This document shows positions 1 through 21,480 of a DNA stretch of 64,000 bases, piece after piece. The stretch comes from Blastocystis sp. Blastoise. Taxonomy: Eukaryota > Protista > Bigyra: Opalinata. Location of the stretch: assembly GCA_039096225.1 (NCBI GenBank), contig JBBPEB010000014.1, positions 1,798,001 to 1,862,000 of the forward strand, given 5' to 3'. The stretch's first letter is position 1, and the number at the start of each line of letters is the position of its first letter. A model generated the notes under the pieces. That model had not been told where the DNA came from. It made no database searches and was given only the letters and a program-made list of their open reading frames with translations. The position numbers and the translations under genes were made by a program.

Positions 1-620
1 TAAATATGTTTATTCTATCTATTTATGATAGTCATTCTATGAATAATATTCTTTGTTTAGTTAATAAGCCTATTCATTCTTCTATTATTTAATTTTTAAA
101 ATCAGCTACTTCTAGAGACAATAGGAAATTAGATTTAATTATTTATTATAAATATATGAAGAGTCTGTATAGAGAAGATGAGTCTTTTCTCTTCTCTACT
201 TTTCAGTCTTCAAATTATTTCATTTTTCTAGAACATAATAACTTATGTATTTTTCATATGAAGCAAATACGACTAATCATGTTCATGAAGACTTTAAGAT
301 AGTCAAAACTCATAAAAATAACAATATATAGAACTATATACTACTAATTTGACTCAACATAAATTAATCATTTTGTGTATGTAGAATTCATACAAAAGAA
401 GAGACAATGACAAGATATCATTGTGAAAACATAAAATAGTTTAGAAATAAATACACATCAAGAAAGAAACAATGAATAAGTTGGGATAATCGTGAAAATA
501 TTCATAGAATACCAGTTCTTTTTATTCATGGTAAACGACGGAGAGTGTCTTCTTTTTGTGGTGAGGTATTTATATAAGAGTCTGTCTTTCTTTCTATATT
601 CTTAACAATTCGAAATAAAA

Positions 621-1436
621 ATGGCTAAGAATTTTGGAAAAAATAACAAACAAGGAAAACAAAAACAAACTATCAACAAATCTCTTGATAGCAAGAAGCC
701 AATGACAACAAAGAAACAATCTAAAGTTGTTCCTGAAAAGAAACAAATAGCCAAGAAAGAGAAGAAGATTGTCGAAGAGAAACCTATTGAAGAAAAAGTT
801 GTTGAAGAAAAACCTGAAGTTGAAATTGAAAATTCTGATGAAGAATTATTGAATGATTCTGAAGAACAATCCGAATCTCCTGTTGCTGAAGAAGAAAAGA
901 AAATAGATTCTGAAGAGGAATCTGAACATTCTGAAGAAGAAAATGAAAAAGTTGATGCTGAAACTGTTGTTGAAAATGAAGATGAAAATAAAAACGATAA
1001 ACAAGAAGAATCCGTATCTACAGATGCTGATTCCCGTGATAATGTTCATGTATATAGATTATATGCTACGTATTCTATATAGTTCTATATATATATAGAT
1101 TGAATCTAAACCTGAAGAAGATGATGGTATTATTATATTTATCCTTATTATTATTATTATTATATATATATAGAAAATAATTGTTTCTTTTCAGATACTC
1201 CTTTTACATCTCTTGAATTATCCGGTATATATATATATAGTTATTTGTAATTTAATGTATTCTATATATATATATTATATATATATAGATTCCCTCCAAA
1301 AGGCTATTACTTCTATGGGATTCACTACAATGACCCCCATTCAGGCGCGAACTATTCCCGCGCTTTTAGCCGGTAAAGATCTCCTTGGTGCTGCTAAGTA
1401 TATATATATTATTATTATTATTATTATTATCTGAGA

Positions 1437-1474
<38 letters not shown>

Positions 1475-1997
1475 TTATGATATATACATATAGAACAGGT
1501 AGTGGTAAGACTCTTGCGTTCCTTCTTCCTGTCATCGAATCCCTTAATAGAATCAAATGGAAACAGAGAGATGGTACAGGTGCAATAATTATATCTCCTA
1601 CTCGTGAATTAGCCCTTCAAACTTATGGTGTGCTGTGTGACCTCCTTAAGGACAGTAATGTCACTCATGGACTCATTATGGGAGGCGCCAATAGGTATAT
1701 ATATATATATACTTATTATAACTATTATGACTATTATATTTATACTTATTATACTATTTAATATACTATAGAATATAAACTAGTTTCTATAGTATTTTAT
1801 TACATATTTATATTTATCCAATTTATGTTATGATATATTTTATTTAATCTATATATATATATATGTATATATATATATAGAAGGAATGAGGCTATAAAGT
1901 TAGAGAAGGGTGTGGGTATAGTTGTAGCTACTCCCGGCCGTCTTCTCGACCATCTCGAAAACACCAAGGGATTCATCTATAAGAATGCTCTATGTCT

Positions 1998-2034
<37 letters not shown>

Positions 2035-2071
2035 ATTATTTGTATTATTATTATTATTATTATTATTATTT

Positions 2072-2141
<70 letters not shown>

Positions 2142-3735
2142 TATAGGTAATAGATGAAGCTGATCGTATTTTACAAATTGGTTTCGAAGAGGATATGAAG
2201 GCTATTATTAAACTTCTTCCTAAAGATAGACAAACTATATTATTCAGTGCTACTCAAGATAAGAATGTTCAAGGACTTGCTAAATTATCTCTTAAGGATT
2301 CTCCTATATATGTCGGTGTGAATGATAATAGTGACGAGGCTACCGTCGATCGTTTAGAACAGGGATATGTCGTGTGTAACAGCAGTGAACGATTCATGCT
2401 TCTCTATACATTCCTTAAGAAGAACTATAAGAAGAAGAAGATTATGTATATATATATATTATATTATATTATAGTTATTATAGATGCTATTTCTACTCTA
2501 TCTATATATATATATATATGGTTTTCTTCTCTTCTTGTAATTCTGTAAAGTATCACGCTGAGTTATTGAATTATATTGATATTCCTGTATATATATATAT
2601 ATTATTTAATAATACTAATAATATCATTATATATATATATATGTATATAGGTACTTGATATTCATGGTAAACAGAAGCAACAACGTAGAACTCAAGTATT
2701 CTTTGAATTTGTTAATGCTAAAGTATATATAATAATATTCATAATAATATACAAACATAATATAAATAATAATACTAACAATATATATATATAGACGGGT
2801 GTTCTCTTATGTACCGATGTTGCTGCTCGTGGCCTCGATATTCCCGCGGTAGATTGGATTATTCAGTATGACCCTGCAGATGATCCCAAGGAATATATTC
2901 ATCGTGTCGGACGTACCGCCAGAGGAAGCGAGGGAAAAGGAAAAGCATTATTATTCCTTCTTCCTGAGGTATATATATATATTAATATATATTAATATAT
3001 ATTCAATATATGTTTTATTATAGAATTAATATTATAATATATATATATATATATATAGGAGTTAGGTTTCTTAAAGTATTTGAAGGAACATAAAGTGACA
3101 CTCAATGAGTATGAATTCCCCGTTAGTAAAGTGGCTAATATTCAACTATATATATATTTATATAGTTATATATTATTACGATTATATTCGTTATTATTAT
3201 GAATACTATTATATCTATATATATATATATATATCTATATATCTATATATATATAGCGTCAATTATTCAAGTTAATATCTCAGAATTATTATCTTCATAA
3301 GTCTGCTCGTGAAGCTTATCGTTCTTATATAATGTCTTATGCCTCTCACGGTCTTAAGGATATATTTGATGTTCAACGATTAGACCTACAAGGAGTTGCG
3401 AAGGGATTCGGATTTGAAGTACCTCCCGCTATCAATCTTAACTTTGTTAAAAACTCTGGTATATATATATATATATAATTATATATTATTATATATTATC
3501 AAAAAAAAAACATAAAAACATATAAATAACAATATTCATATATATGATTATATAAAACAAATTAATAAAATTCTAATTTATTCTATATTATGATAATCAT
3601 TTATATATATATATATATATAGGAAAGAGTTCACGTCAGAAAGTTGAGTCTAAGAAGTTTATTGGTGGAATAAAGAAGTTTGTGAATAATAAACCTTATG
3701 GCAATGATCCTAAACATAGACAATTCTCCAAGTAA
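621..3735 (+). CDS. HAS1: DEAD-box RNA helicase HAS1/DDX18 (multi-exon)
   Basis: Spliced exons give the Q motif [11 protein letters not shown]|[39 protein letters not shown] and [11 protein letters not shown]. Also present: Has1-typical [14 protein letters not shown] and C-terminal RQFSK* (TAA 3733-3735), with an acidic/Lys-rich N-terminal exon. Confidence 0.93.
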
Positions 3736-4563
3736 TCATAAGAATCATATTACTATATATTACTCTCATTATTACTATTTCTATGCTATTTAAATGAATA
3801 TATTTTCTTGTTTCTTTTTCATTTTTGTTTGTCGTTTTTTCCTGTTGTAATATTTATATAAATATATATGTATATTGTTTTGTTGACGTTTATTATCATC
3901 TAATCATTCTCTTTTTATATTAAAACTCTATTTGCAAAGACTTCTATTTGCTTATTTTACTCCATAACTACTCTTGACCCGAAATTATTATTATTTTTAG
4001 AATTATCTCTACATAACAATTAGTAGTTTAAATCAAAAAGACATATATAAGCGAATTAGCATTTTTCATCAGAATAAATACATATTTCATAAAAAAATAT
4101 TCATTATCAATATTCATTATCCATATTATACAAGTGTTTTCATGCTTATAAACCAAACATTTACACCCCAATTGACAATTACTCGAAAAATATATATCAT
4201 TTTGCTTAAAAAACAACACTGAGCCATAAGAAAGACTTAGAAAGAGTCTATACACAAACACTCATGATTAATTCTTGTCACAATTAACTCATCCAAATGT
4301 CATCCCCAAGAAATAATATTAAAAAATATGAATTTATTATTAATGAAGGACTTACTGACATAAAATACTATTAACATTTGGTTTTGATCATACAAAAAAA
4401 AACAATAAAAATATTTCTTTCTTCATGTTTTTGTTTCTAAGAATACTAATTTTCTGAAGAAATTGCTTCATAATAGCTGTAAAACGGAAATTGAAAGAAA
4501 AAGGAAACGAAAAAACTGCTTTTTATTTTATATGTATAATTAAGTTCATTGAACCTTCATTCC

Positions 4564-5905
4564 ATGACTGATAGAAGAAATATTGATTTAAATAAGAGAA
4601 AAAAGAAGGTATTTATAAATCTGTATTATTTTATGGCATATATAGACACTTGAAGAAATTCTTTCTTTAACAAAAACTTATGAAAAGAAGCTAGATAATC
4701 AAAAAAAGATAGAAAATAGCAAGATGTATATTGCAGATATTCTATCATCAGTAAACACACAAATTCATTTGGAACATCAGAGTATTTTTCATTATTCCTT
4801 ATTTATTTATTTTTAGAAATAAGTGTATTCATTGAACCGTTCCAAAAGAGGAAGCAATTAGATCCTAAAGAATATCTTAGACTCATTTCAACTCAGAATG
4901 ATTTTTTTTCCCTTTTTGATAATTGTTCATACATGAGTAATTTGAAATATGTGTCTAACGAAGAAAATATTGTGAATATTTTAGAATGGTTATTACGTGT
5001 TATGATATATCCTTTTTCTTTATTTATTGATTATTTCTTCTTTTTTCTTTAAGAATTAATTCTTTTTATTAATGATTATTCCTTAATTTGATATTCACAG
5101 GGACTCCAGAAAGTTCATTACTTCATGATCATTCTTTATATTATTTTATAAATGCATCGAGTGAACAGTTTCAAAAAGTATATATATATATATTAGTTTT
5201 TTTTTATAAATTTTATTTATAAATAATAATAATTATTATTATTATGAATTATTATATATATATTAATATTAATCATCTTTATAAACATTAATTTATTAAT
5301 AATAATAATTACTCATTATTATATATATATAGTTCAATTCATTTATTTTCCTTCTATTCCCATATATATTAAAATCAAATACATTATATATATTAACTAT
5401 ACAATTATTTGTTTTATATACAACAAATAAAAACTGGACAATTTTATTACATTCACAGATACCTCAGTCCCTTAAATATATGATTCCTTTAACTTATTTT
5501 AAATATTATTTAATTTACTTATTCTTATCTTTGCCAAGTTTTGTTAATCAAAGAAATAATCAATTTAAATCTATTGATTCTTTAGATATACAAAATTCAC
5601 CTTCTTGTTCTGATTATTATTCTAAAATTATAGATATAAGCTTGTCTTCATTCTCTACTTCTTCTTCTATTAAACAAAACATATTACTTTCTTATTTACC
5701 TTCTACTATATATATACATATATCTACTTCTCTTTATATATATATTTCGTCTCTTCAACTTGATAGACAAACATCGTTCTTTTTTTCTATTTTACCACTT
5801 CTTTTCTCTTCATCTTCTATCACACTAACATTCTTCTCTATATTATTAGCTTATATTCGTGATTATTCCTTAAATACTAAATATTCTTTATATAATAATA
5901 GTTTT

Positions 5906-5936
<31 letters not shown>

Positions 5937-6388
5937 GTACTAGTTATAATAATCAAGTATTATATAACTTATCTACATATATAAACACAGATTTCTATTC
6001 AATCAATATTCCGAATATAAATAATATATTTTCTCTTCTTCAATCACTTAATATATTTTCTGTGTCTCTTCTTATTCATAATACTATTCTTCATCCTCCA
6101 ATCACTTTTACACCGGATTTATTCTCATTATTTATTACTTTATATTCTCATTTTCTACTTCTTCTTCCTTCTTCTTTCTTTGTGAATCCTTCTATTCCTT
6201 ATACTGAATATTCATTTCATCCTATTCTGAAACCATCTGAAACAGAATTAAAGAAATATAATAATAATAGTAATAATAATATTTTGGTTAATAATAGTAA
6301 TAATAATAATAATATTTTGGTTAATAATAATAATAGTAATAATAATAATAATATTTTGGTTAATAATAATAATAATAATAATAATAAC

Positions 6389-6429
<41 letters not shown>

Positions 6430-8563
6430 ATATTACACATCTATCCTGGATATTACTTCTTCTTCTTCCTCAATGTCTTCTTCTACTTCTCCTTCTCTTC
6501 ATCTTCTTCCTAAAGCCCACAATACCCCTTCCTCCTTAGGTATTCAAGATATATCTTTATTATATAAATGTATCAATACATCAACTCAAATTGAAACATC
6601 TACGTATACTCAACTTTATCCTCAATATAACCGCGATTATTCAGACCTTCAACAAGCTCTCTATTCTACTACTTTTCTTAGATGTATATGTCATTATACT
6701 TTAGTTTATCTTGAAGACAAACAGTATTCCGATGAAGAAAAAAGAGCCGTTTTAGAGGGTTTTGGAGGGTTTATTGGAATACTATTAATTAGAAGCCGAT
6801 ATACTGATATATCCTTATATATATAGTTATATATTAGTATTATTCTTTTTATATATTTTATACATAGTTCTTTTCAGTCATTATATATATTTATATTATA
6901 ATTATTATATATATATATGTAATGAATACACAATATCATATATATATGTATATATATATCTTTAATATATTACTCTCCTACTGTTTCTGTCTTGAAATCT
7001 CCTAATGATATAAATATACCTCAATTTATTGCTTCATATAATCAATTTATGTTTATACAAATATATACACGATATTTATTCAATGTATATATATGTAATA
7101 TTATAAATATATATATTTATTATTAATAGTATATATATATATTATAATTATATATATAGTTAGTAAATATAAAAGAACTTTTAGAAACACAAGATATTTG
7201 CATATATTATCCGTTAATTACTGTTACATTCTCATTTTCGTTTATTCAACAGTATTATACGTCATCAGAATTGTATATATATAAATCATTGTTTTGAGAT
7301 TATATATATATATATATATATAGATTATCATCTAACCATTTTTCATCAGAATCCCTCCAATTTTTGGCGGCAACATCTATTTCTGTGATTCGACGTATAT
7401 TTACGGGAACTAACAATCCTATATATCTTAATGTATATATATATATTATTGATAATATTATATTTTCTATAATTGTTAATATCAACATACATTTATATTT
7501 ATATCTTATCTACTTTTTATTATATAAATAGTATATATCACATTATTATTAATATATATAGTCTCCAACCAGTATTGTTTGCACTTCATCTATTTTACTC
7601 TTGCAATCTATACTCAATATTCACGGTTATTCTCCATTTTTACCAGACTCATTTTTACTTTTGGAATTAAATAGAAATGAAGAAACACTATATATAGCTT
7701 CTATTGCTCCTTATGTATATATATATAAAATTGTTAGTAATTATAATGATTATTATCATTATAATAATCATTATAATTATTAGTAGTACTCATGCATATT
7801 ATATATTTATCTATATATATAATACATTTATATTAATTTATCTTTATCTATATTTATTATGACAATATATTTACTATATATATAATGATTCTATATATAT
7901 TCTTATATATATAGTTATTCTCTTTATCTTCTCGTATTCATTATTATTATCAACTTCTTCCTGTAGGAGATATATATGGGGAAAACACTCTAACTTTTAG
8001 ATTAAATCGTTCTTCTCAAGTTCCGGACACTTATTTAATATTTCGATCCACTATAAACACAAACCAACTGAGGTCTAAATTCTATGTATATATATGCTCT
8101 TGGAGGATTATTATATATATAATCATTTATTATTTTTCTTATCATATTCTTATTCTCTTTATTCTTATCATATTATTCTTATTCTTATCTTTTATTCTTA
8201 TCATATTATTATTCTCTTTTATTCTTATCATATTCTTATTCTTATCTTTTATTCTTATCATATTATTCTTATTTTTTATTCTTTCTTTCTCATATATATA
8301 TAGGTGATATATATGGATGAAGAAGGGAATCAAGAAGAAGGTATTGACGGAGGTGGCTTATCAAGAGACCTCATGAGTAATATATGTGCTACTGTATTCT
8401 CACGGGAATTCGGACTTTTTGAAGTATATTGAATCATTATATTAAATCTATATATTATAAGAATACTATTATTAATAATTGTATATATATGTATATATTA
8501 TTTAAATTGCATTTATATATATTAATCATGTTGTTCTGCTATAATTATAATACTATTATTCTA

Positions 8564-8608
<45 letters not shown>

Positions 8609-8927
8609 TAATGATAATAATGAATTATTTCCATCTTCACATCCGTTTATATCCCTCGCTGCGTCATCGAAAGATCCCTCAATTTATGAGGATATTTCTT
8701 CATGGTTCCGATTTGCTGGCCAATTGATTGGACGAACCATTTTTACGCACCAATTGACTGGAATCCATTTCGCACCATTCTTTTTAAATATAGTATATAT
8801 ATATAGTTATATCTATACAGTATATATATATATATATATAGTTATGTTCTCATCCAATTCTTCTTGAAGATCTGAAGTCACGTGATATGCAGATGTTTAA
8901 TAGTCTGATGCACTTATTAAGAGATAA

Positions 8928-8973
<46 letters not shown>

Positions 8974-9402
8974 ATACGATTAAAAACATTCTTTTTTGTT
9001 TTATAATTATAAATATATTATTACAATTTTCTCTAGTATTGATTTCAATTCATTACAATTAACATTTACAGTAACTGACAATAATACACCGATTCCCGCG
9101 GATATTCCGCTGATTCCTAATGGTGAACACATCTTTGTGACATCTGAGAATCGTTATTCTTATATACAATTATTATATACATATTGGATGTATGATAGTA
9201 TTAATATTTATATACAGTCATTTCTCACGGGAATATGCGATGTTTTAAAGAAAGATATCTTATCTTTATTTACATCTGTATATATATATATATATATAGT
9301 TGATTTTATATTGTAAACCTTATTTTTATATAATTATACTATTCATATATGTATACGTATATATAACAATTTACATAGACATTATTATTATCTTACTATA
9401 GT

Positions 9403-9438
<36 letters not shown>

Positions 9439-10248
9439 TTCTTTTCAGTGGCTTATATCCGGTCATGAATCTTCAATCGATCTGAAAGATATTCAGCAGA
9501 ATTCAGACATTTCTATACATACCCGCGCAGTCTCTTTACAAGTGGCGGGAACGAGTGATTATGATGATCTATATATGTGTTTCGAAGAAGGGATATCCTC
9601 CAATGAATTGAAGCGGATATGGAACACAATCACATGGCTATGGAATTATATTAGCTCTCTGTCGTCACGTGACTTCTCTGAGTTTTTACAATTCTCAACA
9701 GGGGCATCTTTCCCGCCAGTTGCAGGATTTAAATATTTTGACCCGCCCGTATATAATAAATAGATATAATAAATAGATATAATAAATAAATATAATAAAT
9801 AAATATAATAAATGAATATAATAAATAATATCACCTTATTTTTATTTAATATATAATATAATTAATATTGTTCTATGTATATATACATTAATATTTATAT
9901 ATAATGCTATCGGTGTTATTGTGCTATTATATAGATTAATATTAGAATGATAAATATATTATTATCTTTATTATAATATCTATATAGTTTACAATAACAA
10001 TATATGATTACCCTAATGAAGACACATCATCAAGGCTTCCCTCTGCTTCTACTTGCTTTAATAATCTAAAAGTATATATATATACTATATATATTAAAAC
10101 AATAATTTGATATGTTTTTATGAATCAATTATATATATATTTATATAATTATATAATTATTTAGATTCCTTTATATTCATCAGAGCAAGAGTTTGTTTCT
10201 AAAATGAATTATGCTATTCATAACACAAATGGATTTGGATTATCATAA
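4564..10248 (+). CDS. HECT E3 ubiquitin ligase (UBE3B/UBE3C-like), multi-exon, with poly-Asn insert
   Basis: Exons encode EEGIDGGGLSRD (about 8330), WFRFAGQLIGR, LIPNGEHIFVTSENR, FLQFSTG, RLPSASTCFNNLK (catalytic Cys) and terminal GFGLS*. The 5' extent (ATG 4564) is inferred from exon chaining. Confidence 0.85.
6259..6426 (+). repeat. (AAT)n poly-Asn coding tract with repeated NNILVNN units
   Basis: In-frame AAT runs within ORF 5480-6826. Confidence 0.85.
8145..8285. repeat. intronic imperfect tandem repeat (about 30-nt tattcttatcatatt units)
   Basis: Four near-copies of 'ttattcttatcatatt' in the HECT intron. Confidence 0.6.
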
Positions 10249-10742
10249 TTATCTTTTTAATTGTTGATTATTATTCTATATTTATTATTTCATGCTTTGG
10301 TTTATTCTCTTACTGAATATTCACACTTCTATTATTGAGATATCAAGTAATTTTATTATATATATTCATAATCATTTCACATGTCGATTAATTGCAAAGA
10401 TCAGCATACGTCAACACGAAATAAAGAGAATACTCATAGATATAACGATACAGTTGATTATATCGAATAACATATCGCACAAAAAGTTTTAAGAATGGTA
10501 ATGAAACATTTTAAAAGCGGTCATATTTATCACCGACATAATTAAACGTTTTTTACATATAAATAAATTACTTTTATCGTAATATGAAAGATAATTGTTG
10601 GGAAATTGAATAAAACAATTTTTTGCCTTTTTATAAAAAAATTAATTTTGAAGCGATTTTTGTTTTTTTCCCTGGAGAAAAGGTCTGTGTTTTATATTTT
10701 TGCCTTTATTATAACTCACAGTTCATACATATACATTGATAG

Positions 10743-17864
<7,122 letters not shown>

Positions 17865-18162
17865 GATAAAAAACATATTTATTTATATTATATTCGGTAA
17901 TTAATAATTACTTTTTGTCATCATTTACGTTTTGTTAAACAAAAAAAACTACCAAATCAATTAAAAAATGATTAAAAGAATCAAAGAAAACGCTAATAAA
18001 ATACAGAACATATCTAATAAAGAAATGGAAGTTTACATATATGATGAAACGAATAATGATCAATAAAAGAATTCAACGTATAACAGAAATTTAGACAATA
18101 AGACTAAATAAGTTTTCAATTGAAATAAATACACAGTTCATAATCTATATGAAGTGATTAGA

Positions 18163-18510
18163 TTATTGTGTAGGTGAATAATTATCCAAGAGAGGAAGAT
18201 TTTCAACACATTGTTGAAGTGAATAGATCCATTTGTCTCTGCTTTGTCTGTTATCAGCACATAATCGTATTGATTTAGGATATCCATTAATTTGAAATTC
18301 AAATCCATTTGAATCATTTGGTATACTGACATGATAGGCATCAAGAATTATAGTTCCTACTGGTTGTTCATCTTCTGCAAATGAAGCTGCAGATTCATAA
18401 TAGTCTAAATTGCTTTTTAAAACAAAGTACCATTTCTTCCATCCTCTTCGGATTCCAATATCAACACCCGTTGCAAGTAGAGTTCCTTCTAAAACAACTA
18501 ATTCAGTCAT
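18163..18510 (-). CDS. single-exon PH-domain protein (115 aa)
   Basis: EGTL..., GWKKWYFVL, LDYY, PVGTIIL, FQI, LCADNRQSRDKWIYSL form a canonical PH pattern. ATG is at 18510; the ORF-track extension runs into the Tc1 TIR. Confidence 0.88.
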   Translation of the reverse strand: MTELVVLEGTLLATGVDIGIRRGWKKWYFVLKSNLDYYESAASFAEDEQPVGTIILDAYHVSIPNDSNGFEFQINGYPKSIRLCADNRQSRDKWIYSLQQCVENLPLLDNYSPTQ

Positions 18511-18748
18511 GAAAAAAAGAAAATAAAAATAAAAATGAAAAATCGATAAGAATACGAGGAAACTACAATCAGTGCCAAAACCTGACAACCTCGGTTTTTT
18601 TTTTAAACTGGCGAGTTTTTCTTTGTTTTTTTTTTATTAAGTCATTTGTCATCAAAGGTTGTATTGACTATTAAAACAGGGAAACAAAACAAATAAGCGT
18701 CATGGAAAAAAATTTAAAAAACCATTTTTTTGAATTGAAACACAAATA

Positions 18749-19762
18749 TTAATATCTTGTAAATCCACCATTATTGGCTATTACTGCCTCAATTCTTTTC
18801 GGCATTGATAAAACAAGCCTTTCACATACATTTACAGGTATTGACCTCCATATCTTGTCAACTTCGACCTTTAGTTGACTCAAAGTATATCCGCAATGGG
18901 AATTTCTTTGTAATCTTCTTTTAATATAGACCCAAAGATGTTCAATGGGATTAAGGTCTGGGGACTGTGGAGGCCAATCAATCACTGTAAGTTGAGCAGT
19001 TTTAAAGAAACTATTCATCTTTTTTGACTTGTGAATAGGAGCATTATCCTGTTGGAATACCATAGTTTTGGGGTCAATTTGCAATTTTTCCACGGTTGAC
19101 GGAAGAGTTCGACCAAGAGTTTCTCCATACTTTAATGATGTCACATGACCATCAAGGACCTCCATTTGACCAGCACCATGTTGCGTCATACATCCCCAAA
19201 TCATAATCGATTTTCCATCGTTTTTCATGGTTGGAATGATTTCTGACGGCTTATTTGGAGAACCAGGTTTCTTCCAATAGTATTCTTGAAAGGTTGATTG
19301 ATGTGTTCTAATAGAACACTCGTCAGACCAGAGGACGTTTTCCCAGAAACTTATTGGCATATTTCGGTATTTTAAACACCAATCCAATCGGACTTTTCTA
19401 TTTTTCTCCGATATGAGTGGTTTATGAAGCTTCTTTTTGGCGACGTAACCAACAGCATGGAGTCCTCTAATAAAGGACCTTTTTGAGACATGAGTACCGG
19501 TTTTCTTTTGGAAGATATCCAATAAAACGCTAGAGTTCTCAGAGCTTTTTGGGACAATATTATTGATTTCTCGTAAATTAGAAGGAGTTAAAACTTGTGG
19601 TCTTCCACCTTTCTTAGTTGACTTGGACATATTGTATTGGGACCTTCTACGGGCAACAGTTCTAAGCGAACAATGAAAATGAATGGCAATCTGTTCATCC
19701 GTGTACCCGTCTCTTATCATCTTTCTAAACTCTCTTTCAGTTATAACGACGTATTTACCCAT
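18749..19762 (-). CDS. Tc1-family DD34E transposase (337 aa, intronless, intact)
   Basis: GRPQ linker, WSDE, MIWGC, FQQDNAPIH, WPPQSPDLNPIEHLW (34 residues between the second D and E), and C-terminal GGFTRY. Confidence 0.96.
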   Translation of the reverse strand: MGKYVVITEREFRKMIRDGYTDEQIAIHFHCSLRTVARRRSQYNMSKSTKKGGRPQVLTPSNLREINNIVPKSSENSSVLLDIFQKKTGTHVSKRSFIRGLHAVGYVAKKKLHKPLISEKNRKVRLDWCLKYRNMPISFWENVLWSDECSIRTHQSTFQEYYWKKPGSPNKPSEIIPTMKNDGKSIMIWGCMTQHGAGQMEVLDGHVTSLKYGETLGRTLPSTVEKLQIDPKTMVFQQDNAPIHKSKKMNSFFKTAQLTVIDWPPQSPDLNPIEHLWVYIKRRLQRNSHCGYTLSQLKVEVDKIWRSIPVNVCERLVLSMPKRIEAVIANNGGFTRY

Positions 19763-19866
19763 ACACAACTTATTTTTAAAGAATAAAACTATTTTTAAAG
19801 GGTTAAAAAAGGTCTCAGAGTAATTGTGTTCCAATTAAAATTTCTGTTTTTCCGAAACCACTAATT

Positions 19867-19894
19867 ATATATTCTAGAAATTTCTAGAATATAT
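19867..19894. promoter_or_regulatory. putative heat-shock element (4 alternating nGAAn units) in a 28-bp palindrome
   Basis: TTCtaGAAatTTCtaGAA at 19872-19889, about 110 bp upstream of the transposase ATG. Confidence 0.6.
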
Positions 19895-20374
19895 TCTACA
19901 TGTTATTACAATTCAAACAAAAAAAACCGCGTCAAAAAATTCCCCGTAACTATTGAAAACGATAAGGGTTGTCAGGTTTTGGCACTGATTGTATTTGAGT
20001 TTTGTCACGTTATTCAATTTAATTTTGTTCCATAAATATCCTAGATTGTAAAAATTAAAAAGATAATAATAAGATAAAAAATATAGTTTGTTGCTTGTAT
20101 GTATATAATTGAATAAGGTTATCAAAAGAAACTAAACTATAAAAAATTAAAAAAAAAAAAACATTTTTTAAAACAAATGAATCAAATAAAAATAAATGAG
20201 ATATATGAAAAGTGGTACAAATTTTAGTATACAAACAATAAGTGAATGAAATAGATATACATCTGATACTGAAATAATAGGAATAAAAAAAATTTTTGGA
20301 TTTTTGAAAAAAGAAGAAGAATAGGTTGTCCAAAATAATATATAAATATATAATAATAAATAAATATATATATT

Positions 20375-20773
20375 TTATTGAATTCTATTTTGTGGATACA
20401 TAGGAATAATATTTGGTAATTGATTTGGGCGTTGAGGAGTAATAGGATTTATTGTTTGATTGGTTTTACCTTGTGATTGTTGTAAATTCATAATTTTTCT
20501 TTGCAATATAATAGATACATATTGATTCTTTCCTTGCATAAAAATATAATCAATAATAGATTTTTGATTCTTTTGTGATAAATCATTTAATTTAAAAAAT
20601 AACACATCATATGCTTGTTTGGCAGCATAAGCATCTATCATTTGTTTGGCCCATTCATTGTTACCTACAATATAATCATTAGGAGTAATATCAGCATTTC
20701 CTTGAGAACTATAGAGATTCTGAGCACTTTGATTCAAACTATCCGACTATATTAATAAGTAATATTAATATAC

Positions 20774-20853
<80 letters not shown>

Positions 20854-21414
20854 TACTTTCTTTTGATATAGATTTCTAATATTAGTTAGTTCTTCGATTT
20901 GTTTACTTAGATCTTCATTTCCCTTAATAATCTTAGTTTTAGCTTCTTTTAAGGGTCTTTCTACATGGTTTATGATAAAATTAAATATTAAAAATATAAA
21001 CATAAAATTATAATAATATATATAAATTAATAATAATAATAATATATATATATATATATATATTTACTTCTTCTTTTGTTAAATCTTTGAATTCTTCTAA
21101 ATACAATAATAATAATAAATAAATAAAAATAAATACATAAATGATAATAATATATATACCTTTTTTATTTTGAACTTCCTTTGAGAAATATTCTGATAAC
21201 TTTTGTTTTACATCAGAAAGTAACCTATATAAAAATATAGGTTATATATTTTTTCTTATTAATAATAATATAAATAGTATATATATTATATATCTACCTA
21301 TTACGGTCTACAGCAGGAATAGGAATAGAAGAAGATAAATAGCTTTGTTGTGGTTCAAAAGGACTCCAAATAAGAATATTCTTTATTTCTTGTACTAAGT
21401 AATATAAATTACTC

Positions 21415-21480
<66 letters not shown>

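Larger units (their letters stand above)
18566..19991 (-). mobile_element. complete Tc1/mariner DNA transposon (1426 bp)
   Basis: Perfect 25-bp TIRs CAATCAGTGCCAAAACCTGACAACC (18566-18590) and its reverse complement (19967-19991), flanked by TA (18564-65; 19992-93). GC is higher than in the flanks. Confidence 0.97.

Noticed and set aside
3733-3840. Polyadenylation-created stop codons with a TGTTTGTT signal (Blastocystis trait)
   Set aside because: All gene ends I resolved have genome-encoded stops; only loose TG/T-rich tracts follow.
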